This document shows, piece after piece, positions 57,861-64,000 of a DNA stretch of 64,000 nt (position 1 is the first letter of the stretch; each line of letters opens with the position of its first letter). Location of the stretch: the NCBI GenBank assembly GCA_034003985.1, contig JAVEXP010000002.1:80789-144788 (forward strand). The letters run 5' to 3'. The position numbers and the translations under genes are program-made. This stretch comes from Patescibacteria group bacterium (lineage in GTDB: Bacteria; Patescibacteriota; Patescibacteriia; Buchananbacterales; UBA6539). The notes below the pieces were generated by a model. The model was not told the DNA's origin. It made no database searches and saw nothing but the letters and a program-made list of their open reading frames with translations.

Positions 57861-58886
57861 ATGCCAAAAGTTGCCATTTTCGAGAAAAAAAATATTTTGG
57901 TAACCGGTGGGGCGGGGTTTATCGGTTCACATTTATGCGATGAGTTGGTTAAGGACAATAAGGTTATTTGCGTTGACAATTTTATTTCCGGGGATGAGGC
58001 CAATATCGATTATCTGCTGCGTAATCCAGATTTTAAGTTTATTAAACACGACATTAATGAACCGTTGGGCTTGGAGGCTTTGCCGGAATTGGAAGACTTT
58101 CGGATTAAGTTTCAGGGCCTTCAGGAGATTTATCATTTAGCTTGTCCAACCTCGCCTAAGGATTTCGAAAAAACCAGAATTCAGACCGCCTGGGCCAATT
58201 CGGTCGGTGTGAAGAACGCTTTGGATTTAGCCGTCAAATATAAGGCTAAATTTTTGCTTAGCTCCTCTTCGGTGGTTTACGGTCCGCGTGAGGCCAAAAA
58301 TAAATTTTTTTCGGAAAACTACACCGGGTTGGTTGACCAATTGAGTCCCCGTGCCTGTTATGATGAAGGTAAGCGCTTTGCCGAAACTTTGACTGAGACT
58401 TACGGCGAAGTCTATAATCTTGATACTAAAATCGTCAGGATTTTTAGGACCTACGGTCCGCGGATGAAATTGAATATCGGTGAGATGCTGCCCGATTTTG
58501 TTTCCGATGCTTTGGACAATAAAGATTTGGTGATTTATGGCGACCAGGATTTTTCTTCCTCTTTCTGCCATGTTTCCGATATCATTGAAGGAATGATTAA
58601 AGTCATGAAGAGCGGAGAAAGCGGTCCTTTGAATTTGGGTAGTGATTTGGAATACAAATTGGTGGATGTCGCCCAGAAAGTAATTGACATGACTGGCTCA
58701 AAATCAAAAATTATTTTTAAAAAACCCTTGCTGTTTATGTCTCCTTTGGGACTGCCTGACATCAGCCAGATTAAAGAGCGCCTGGGTTGGTTTCCGGTAG
58801 TTTTGCTAGAAGATGGCCTTCAGGGCGCGATTGATTACTTCAAGGCTCATAAGTCAATTTTGGGTCCGACCAGCCGGTTTAAATAA
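57861..58886 (+). CDS. UDP-glucuronate decarboxylase (UXS)-like SDR with a divergent active site
   Basis: GGAGFIGSHL, IYHLACPTSP, RACYDEGKR, RIF.TYGPRM. Confidence 0.8.
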   Translation: MPKVAIFEKKNILVTGGAGFIGSHLCDELVKDNKVICVDNFISGDEANIDYLLRNPDFKFIKHDINEPLGLEALPELEDFRIKFQGLQEIYHLACPTSPKDFEKTRIQTAWANSVGVKNALDLAVKYKAKFLLSSSSVVYGPREAKNKFFSENYTGLVDQLSPRACYDEGKRFAETLTETYGEVYNLDTKIVRIFRTYGPRMKLNIGEMLPDFVSDALDNKDLVIYGDQDFSSSFCHVSDIIEGMIKVMKSGESGPLNLGSDLEYKLVDVAQKVIDMTGSKSKIIFKKPLLFMSPLGLPDISQIKERLGWFPVVLLEDGLQGAIDYFKAHKSILGPTSRFK

Positions 58887-58893
58887 TTTAGTT

Positions 58894-59571
58894 ATGAAGA
58901 CCGCGGTAGTAATTCCAGCTTACAATGAGTCCAAAATAATCAGTCAGACTATTGCCGGCCTCAGAGCCCAAAATCAGGTTAGTGAAGTGATTGTGGTTGA
59001 TGACGGCTCTGCCGACAATACCGGCCCGGCGGCTCGTGCTGCCGGTGCGGTGGTCTTGCGTCATCTTGTTAATCGCGGTCAGGGTGCAGCTTTACAAACC
59101 GGCATTAACTTTGCCTTAAAGCATGGCGCCAAAATCATTATTACCTTCGATGCCGACGGTCAGCATGACGCTAAAGAGATTGTTAAGATGATTGAACCGA
59201 TAATTTCGGGCCAATCGGCAGTAGTCTTGGGTTCTCGATTTTTGGTTAAGCAAAATCAAGTTCCTTTCAGTCGTTTGGCCGTTTTGAAACTGGCGATAAT
59301 ATTTACCAGGATTTATACTGGTTTAACAGTCACCGATGTCCATAACGGCTTTCGGGCATTTTCGGCCAAAGCCGCCAGCCAGCTTGATCTTCGGCAAGAC
59401 GGCATGGCTCATGCTTCCGAAATTCTTGAACAAATTCGGAAGCATCGCTTGGCTTTCTGCGAGGTGCCAGTCACTATTGCTTATACTGATTATTCTTTGC
59501 ATAAAGGCCAGCGCTTAAGCAACTCCTTTCGCATCGTTTTTGAATTAATTTTGGGGCGTTTAACCAAATGA
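58894..59571 (+). CDS. Glycosyltransferase family 2 (DPM1-like polyprenol-phosphate sugar synthase)
   Basis: IPAYNE, VDDGS.D, NRGQGAAL, TFDADGQH, D..NGFRAF; ATG at 58894. Confidence 0.9.
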   Translation: MKTAVVIPAYNESKIISQTIAGLRAQNQVSEVIVVDDGSADNTGPAARAAGAVVLRHLVNRGQGAALQTGINFALKHGAKIIITFDADGQHDAKEIVKMIEPIISGQSAVVLGSRFLVKQNQVPFSRLAVLKLAIIFTRIYTGLTVTDVHNGFRAFSAKAASQLDLRQDGMAHASEILEQIRKHRLAFCEVPVTIAYTDYSLHKGQRLSNSFRIVFELILGRLTK

Positions 59572-59900
59572 TTATCAAAATTTTAATCATCGTTTTTATC
59601 CTATTTGCCGTTTATCGTACGGTTGCCAGGTTCCGTCAGCGCGATATCGCTTTTCGGGAATTATTGATTTGGCTAATATTTTGGTTGCTGGTTGGTTTGG
59701 TGACGATTTTCCCCCAAAAGACCGACAGCATCGCCCAGTGGCTGGGTGTAAGTCGTGGTGCTGATTTGTTGGTTTATATTTCAATTATCGTATTGTTTTT
59801 TGCCGTTTTTAAGATTATCGTCAAACAGGAAAAAATTGAGCGCGATATCACCAAAATTGTCCGGGCCAAAGCCTTGGCCGAAAAACCAGATCATGAGTAG
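59568..59900 (+). CDS. DUF2304-like membrane protein
   Basis: 3 TMs, LGVSRGADL, IERDITKIVR; usual partner of DPM1-like GT2. Confidence 0.8.
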   Translation: MIIKILIIVFILFAVYRTVARFRQRDIAFRELLIWLIFWLLVGLVTIFPQKTDSIAQWLGVSRGADLLVYISIIVLFFAVFKIIVKQEKIERDITKIVRAKALAEKPDHE

Positions 59901-60942
59901 TAAGAAAGTTTTAATAGTCATTGCAGTCCATAACGGCACCGATTTCCTCGGTGACTGTTTGTCTAGTCTTGCCAAAATCAATTACCCACAGGAAGACTTA
60001 ACTATTTTAGCTGTCGATGACTGCTCAACTGACAATTCGGTTGAATATCTCAAAACGACTTGGCCGCAGGTTGAGCTAATTATCAATCAGACCAATCTTG
60101 GTTTTGCCGTCAGTAATAATTTGGGATTTCAATACGCCCTTGACCATAATTTTGCCTATGTTTATATGTTGAATCAGGATACTGTCGTGGAGCCTGATTT
60201 TTTGTTTAAGGCAGTAGCTCTGGCTGAAAGTGATTCCCGTATCGGTGCGGTTCAGTCAAAACTGATGCTGTTTGCCGACCCAAACAAGATTAACAGTATC
60301 GGCAACGAGATCCACTTTTTGGGTTTTGCTTTCGCCGGCGGTTATCAATCCGCCGACCAGAATTTAGCGGCCAAGGAAATCACTTATCCTTCGGGCGCCG
60401 CGGTATTGTTGAAAACTTCAGCTTTAAAACAAATCGGTTTTTTGAATCCCGATTTTTTTATGTACCACGAAGATACCGACTTGGGCTGGCGGCTGTGGCT
60501 GGCGGGCTGGCGCGTGATGCTATCTCCCGATTCCGTGGTCTATCACAAGTATGAGTTTTCCCGCAGTATCAAAAAATATTATTACATGGAGCGCAATCGT
60601 TATTTGATTATTTTTCAAAATTATAAAATCGCCACTTTAATTTTACTTGCCCCAGCTTTGGCGGTTATGGACACGGCCATGATTTTTTATTCTTTCCTCA
60701 ACGGTTGGCATCGTCAGGAATTGCGTGCCATTAATTATTTGTTCAGTCCTTTGGCCTGGCAAAAAATCTATCATACTCGCAGAGCCGTTCAGGCTAGTCG
60801 CTGCGTCAAAGATCGCGAAATTGTCAAACGGTTTGTTGGCCGGATTGATTTTCAGGATATCCAAAATCCCTTATTGGAATATTTGGTCAACCCGGTATTT
60901 GATTTTTATTGGAAGATTATCCGGCATATTATTTTTTGGTAA
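59893..60942 (+). CDS. Glycosyltransferase family 2 (WbbL-like)
   Basis: VDDCSTD, NLGFA..NN, LNQD, SGAA, FFMYHEDTDL; ATG at 59893. Confidence 0.9.
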   Translation: MSSKKVLIVIAVHNGTDFLGDCLSSLAKINYPQEDLTILAVDDCSTDNSVEYLKTTWPQVELIINQTNLGFAVSNNLGFQYALDHNFAYVYMLNQDTVVEPDFLFKAVALAESDSRIGAVQSKLMLFADPNKINSIGNEIHFLGFAFAGGYQSADQNLAAKEITYPSGAAVLLKTSALKQIGFLNPDFFMYHEDTDLGWRLWLAGWRVMLSPDSVVYHKYEFSRSIKKYYYMERNRYLIIFQNYKIATLILLAPALAVMDTAMIFYSFLNGWHRQELRAINYLFSPLAWQKIYHTRRAVQASRCVKDREIVKRFVGRIDFQDIQNPLLEYLVNPVFDFYWKIIRHIIFW

Positions 60943-61036
60943 TTCACATTTCTTCTCTTCGTTCAGCCTGCCAGCAGGCAGGGATGACAAAGAAAGTGTT
61001 CAGGAGGATAGGGGGCATTTTTTTTGATGTTTGTTA

Positions 61037-61065
61037 TTGACAAATTGACAATGAATTGGTATATT
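61037..61065 (+). promoter_or_regulatory. Sigma70 promoter for the orphan gene
   Basis: TTGACA(61037)-17-TATATT(61060) with TG extension; GGAGG SD upstream of ATG 61123. Confidence 0.65.
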
Positions 61066-61122
61066 GTTTTGTTTGCAGAGTCTTTGTTTTCAGCCGTTCT
61101 GAACATATGGAGGGTCCAAAGC

Positions 61123-61482
61123 ATGGCATTGGGAAAAGGGGCTCTTAAGAATTTGAGAGCCAAAAAGACCGCGGTGCTTGACGAGTTCAAGCGCCAGGAA
61201 GAAGCCTTGGCAGTTGAGCTCAGGGGAGTCGTTCCCGAAGGCCTTAATGCCTGGCTTGAAGAGGATGGTAACGGAGTGATCGCCAACTTGTTTGAGTATG
61301 GTGAGGCGAGTCGCAAGTACCATGCCAGTCAAGAAGACGGCGAAACCTACGGCTACAAAAGCCTCAAAGAGTTTGCCGCTTGGCTCAAGCAGCTCCAGGC
61401 CGCCTGGCAGGGGGTTGTCGAAATCAAGACTGCCGGATCAGTCGGTGGTCATCGGCTTGATGTCAGATTTATCGTTGTCTGA
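61123..61482 (+). CDS. Hypothetical protein (GC-richer orphan)
   Basis: ORF with its own promoter, SD and terminator; no motif recognised. Confidence 0.7.
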   Translation: MALGKGALKNLRAKKTAVLDEFKRQEEALAVELRGVVPEGLNAWLEEDGNGVIANLFEYGEASRKYHASQEDGETYGYKSLKEFAAWLKQLQAAWQGVVEIKTAGSVGGHRLDVRFIVV

Positions 61483-61510
61483 CTTAGGGCTACTGGCTCG
61501 ACGCAAACAG

Positions 61511-61551
61511 CGGTCCCGCGGATGTCGTTTATCCCCGGGACCGAATTTTTT
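61511..61551 (+). terminator. Intrinsic terminator
   Basis: CGGTCCCG-C-GGAT...ATCC-C-CGGGACCG followed by AATTTTTT. Confidence 0.75.
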
Positions 61552-61649
61552 ATATAACTTCGTGTTATTTTGAGGCCGTAGACCGAAGAATCTAGTTTTT
61601 TTAGGATGACATGGGGTGATTTTTATATCACTAAAATTATAGCAGGATT

Positions 61650-61958
61650 TTATTTTTCCCGATTAATCCATTTGGTCTTGATTGTTTCTTCCAGGTCAAT
61701 TTCTAGTAGGTGAGCGTTGACAATTACCATACCAATGACATCAGCCAATTCATCAGCTAGTTCTTTTTTTGATTCGGTTTCATTAATGTATTTTTCTGGC
61801 CGGCATTTTTTACGGTGAATTAAAATTGCCTGAGCCAGTTCGCCGACTTCTTCGTACAGTTTTAATAAGGCAAAATCTTCATCAATTTCAATATTATAGT
61901 TTTTGCCATACCTAATGGCATTTTGGATAATTTTGTCTTCTAATTCTTTGAATTCCAT
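61650..61958 (-). CDS. MazG-like nucleotide pyrophosphohydrolase
   Basis: LKLYEEVGELAQA...ELADELAD..., ..KW C-terminus. Confidence 0.85.
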   Translation of the reverse strand: MEFKELEDKIIQNAIRYGKNYNIEIDEDFALLKLYEEVGELAQAILIHRKKCRPEKYINETESKKELADELADVIGMVIVNAHLLEIDLEETIKTKWINREK

Positions 61959-62042
61959 AGCTTTATTCAATTATTATAAATTTGTTTTTTCGATTTTTAA
62001 AAATAAAAGGGGAGCTAGGGTGAGTTTTGTTTTTAAAAATCC

Positions 62043-63158
62043 TCATCCTAAAAAATGTTTTTTGATTGATTCTTTTAATGCGCTTGATAAAAATGTCGGT
62101 ACGGCATTTCCTATTTGTAAATTTTTATCACTTCTTGAGCCATAAAAAATATAATCATCAGGAAAACATTGTATTCTTGCTCCTTCTCTTGTGGTTAGAG
62201 GCCTGGGCGCTTTTGGGTGGATGCATCTTGAAGAAGAAGGAGTACTTAAATTTCTAGTAATTGTTGTGCTTGGTCTATCCCACCAAAGTCTACAATAAGT
62301 ATTCGCAAAACCACTTTTAGGTCTTAGTTCTTTTGGCAAATCATTTGGTGTTCCTCCGTCGGGAAGATTTTCCATAAGACTTACTAACTTTTTATTATTG
62401 TTGGGAGCATTATGATCCATGATTTTTTTAGGAGCATTTTTTCTCATCAATTTTTGGAAATCGTTTTTTGGTTCTTCACTATATTCAAAACTTTCCTCCC
62501 CGCTTTTAATAAACGGTAGATCACTTATTGCTTCTGATAAAGTTAGATATGGCTTCAAATGTTGTGTCAAAAGAGTTTGTCCTTCTTCCGGATTATAATG
62601 AGTTGGCTTGGGATAGTTGAATTTGGTGTTCAATTTGGTCCCAATAATAATTATCCTTTCCCTAACTTGCGGCGCTCCGTAATCAGCAGCATTCAAAACT
62701 TTATATGCAACTTTATAACCCAAAGATTCAAATAAAGAAATAATTGTCGATAATAATTCTCCTCCTTGCATTGATAATAAACCTTTTACATTTTCAAAAA
62801 GAAAAACTCTTGGTTTTATTTCTTTAAGAACTCTATAATATTCTTGAAATAATTTTCCTCTTGGGTCATCAATCAATCTTTTCCCAACTGTTGAATAGGC
62901 TTGACAAGGGGGACCAGCAACAACTAAATCTATTTCACCTTCTTTAATACCAAAATCTTCTTGTAGGTCTACAATTCCAAACTCTTTAATATTTTTGCAG
63001 TAAACTTTTACTGTTGGGTGGTTTAATTCGTAGGCTTTTGCTATTTTTGGCAAAATTTCATTTGCTGCAATGATTTCAAAATTATCATCATTGGCAAAGC
63101 CAAAGCTTAGCCCTCCAACTCCTGCAAATAAATCTATAACTTTAATTTTTCTTGCCAT
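62043..63158 (-). CDS. C5-cytosine DNA methyltransferase, probably ACGT-specific (M.HpyCH4IV/M.Hpy99XI-like)
   Basis: DLFAGVGG, GPPCQ, ENVKG, PQVRER, REGARIQ, QIGNAVP; target-recognition segment RPKSGF.NTY..WW..P..TITRN.STPSSSRCIHP resembles the H. pylori ACGT enzymes as I recall them. Confidence 0.9.
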   Translation of the reverse strand: MARKIKVIDLFAGVGGLSFGFANDDNFEIIAANEILPKIAKAYELNHPTVKVYCKNIKEFGIVDLQEDFGIKEGEIDLVVAGPPCQAYSTVGKRLIDDPRGKLFQEYYRVLKEIKPRVFLFENVKGLLSMQGGELLSTIISLFESLGYKVAYKVLNAADYGAPQVRERIIIIGTKLNTKFNYPKPTHYNPEEGQTLLTQHLKPYLTLSEAISDLPFIKSGEESFEYSEEPKNDFQKLMRKNAPKKIMDHNAPNNNKKLVSLMENLPDGGTPNDLPKELRPKSGFANTYCRLWWDRPSTTITRNLSTPSSSRCIHPKAPRPLTTREGARIQCFPDDYIFYGSRSDKNLQIGNAVPTFLSSALKESIKKHFLG

Positions 63159-63167
63159 TATTATACC

Positions 63168-63950
63168 TTATGAAAAAGATAAATCATTATATTTAGGTGG
63201 ATTTTCAGTTACTTTCCAAACAAAATAATTTTGATCGATATTAAAGACCGTTTGTCCTTCCATTTGTTGCCTGGTTATCCAATTAATACTATCATCATCA
63301 ATTTTGTTTATTTCCACAAAAGCAACTTGACCATTGTATAAATCAAAATGAATTACCACTGATGAAATATTTTTTTCTCTTTTAATCTTTTTAGCTTCCA
63401 AAACCTTATGTTGTTTTATGTCATTTATTCCTTGAAAGCCTGATTGAACTTCAACTCTTATCTTTTCGCCATTTTTTAAATTGATTTGCAAATCTGCTTT
63501 TGGTGTTCTTTTGAAAGTTTCAATATTTAATAAATCATCATCTCCGATTAAATCGATATTTTTGATGTCGACATCAAAAACTTGACTTAAAGCATTCAAA
63601 AAATAAGAAGAAATTACAAAACCCCTCATCCATGAAAAATAAACTTCCTCGGGTCTTCTGCCTTGATTATTTAACTTTGGAATAATGTTGTGCTTTTTCA
63701 ATTTTTCAAAAACTATTTTTATATTTTTATCACAAAACAAATTTATATTTTTTACTTTAATGTTGTCTACTACTAAATCATTAATTTTTGCGACAATTTC
63801 AAGAAGTCTATTATTCAGCAAATTAATATAGTCATAATCAATTGTTGGGGTTATGTCTTTCGCGGCAAAAAATATTTTAACCCCGTTTTGGTTTGTAAAG
63901 CCAAGTTTTTCCCTGTACTCTTTGAAGTATCTTGTATTGATTGGTGTCAT
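63168..63950 (-). CDS. Putative type II restriction endonuclease (PD-(D/E)xK-like), cognate of the methyltransferase
   Basis: Directly upstream of and co-oriented with the MTase, AT-rich; KADL...VEVQSG nuclease-like motif. Confidence 0.7.
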   Translation of the reverse strand: MTPINTRYFKEYREKLGFTNQNGVKIFFAAKDITPTIDYDYINLLNNRLLEIVAKINDLVVDNIKVKNINLFCDKNIKIVFEKLKKHNIIPKLNNQGRRPEEVYFSWMRGFVISSYFLNALSQVFDVDIKNIDLIGDDDLLNIETFKRTPKADLQINLKNGEKIRVEVQSGFQGINDIKQHKVLEAKKIKREKNISSVVIHFDLYNGQVAFVEINKIDDDSINWITRQQMEGQTVFNIDQNYFVWKVTENPPKYNDLSFS

Positions 63951-64000
63951 ATTTTTCCTCGTAAAAAATAAAAGTTATTTGTACTACATAAGTTTTGTTA

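Overview
Chromosomal window of a small-genome bacterium using the standard code. Patescibacteria/CPR (ABY1-like) is inferred from the characteristic surface-protein N-terminal domain, DUF5667 anti-sigma, type IV pilus genes and mostly SD-less starts. Layout: (1) 1-11.5 kb housekeeping and pilus genes (Nfu fragment, cysteine desulfurase, mnmA, tRNA-Pro(CGG), rarA, pilT, a pilin, an HtrA lacking its catalytic triad). (2) 11.5-17.5 kb: an excisionase/BldC-like HTH gene divergent from an ECF sigma/DUF5667 anti-sigma pair, a ~200-nt highly structured leader and a 1232-aa S-layer-like protein. (3) 17.5-61 kb: a ~43 kb surface-glycan locus (GT-C, GT4 and GT2 enzymes, flippase-like ABC, priming transferase, ligase/OTase-TPR) containing a pseudaminic-acid-type pathway with no PseG plus extra tailoring enzymes. 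(4) 61-64 kb: an orphan gene, MazG and an AT-rich type II R-M system. Best novelty candidate: a four-gene cassette at 42019-45922 (LicC-like cytidylyltransferase fused to a CobD-like decarboxylase, SAM methyltransferase, SbnI/SerK-like serine kinase, LicD) that reads as a de novo route from serine to CDP-ethanolamine/choline for decorating surface glycan. Also, a by-eye scan found no ACGT in the 64 kb, matching the inferred specificity of the resident methyltransferase. All family calls come from motif recognition; no database searches were run.
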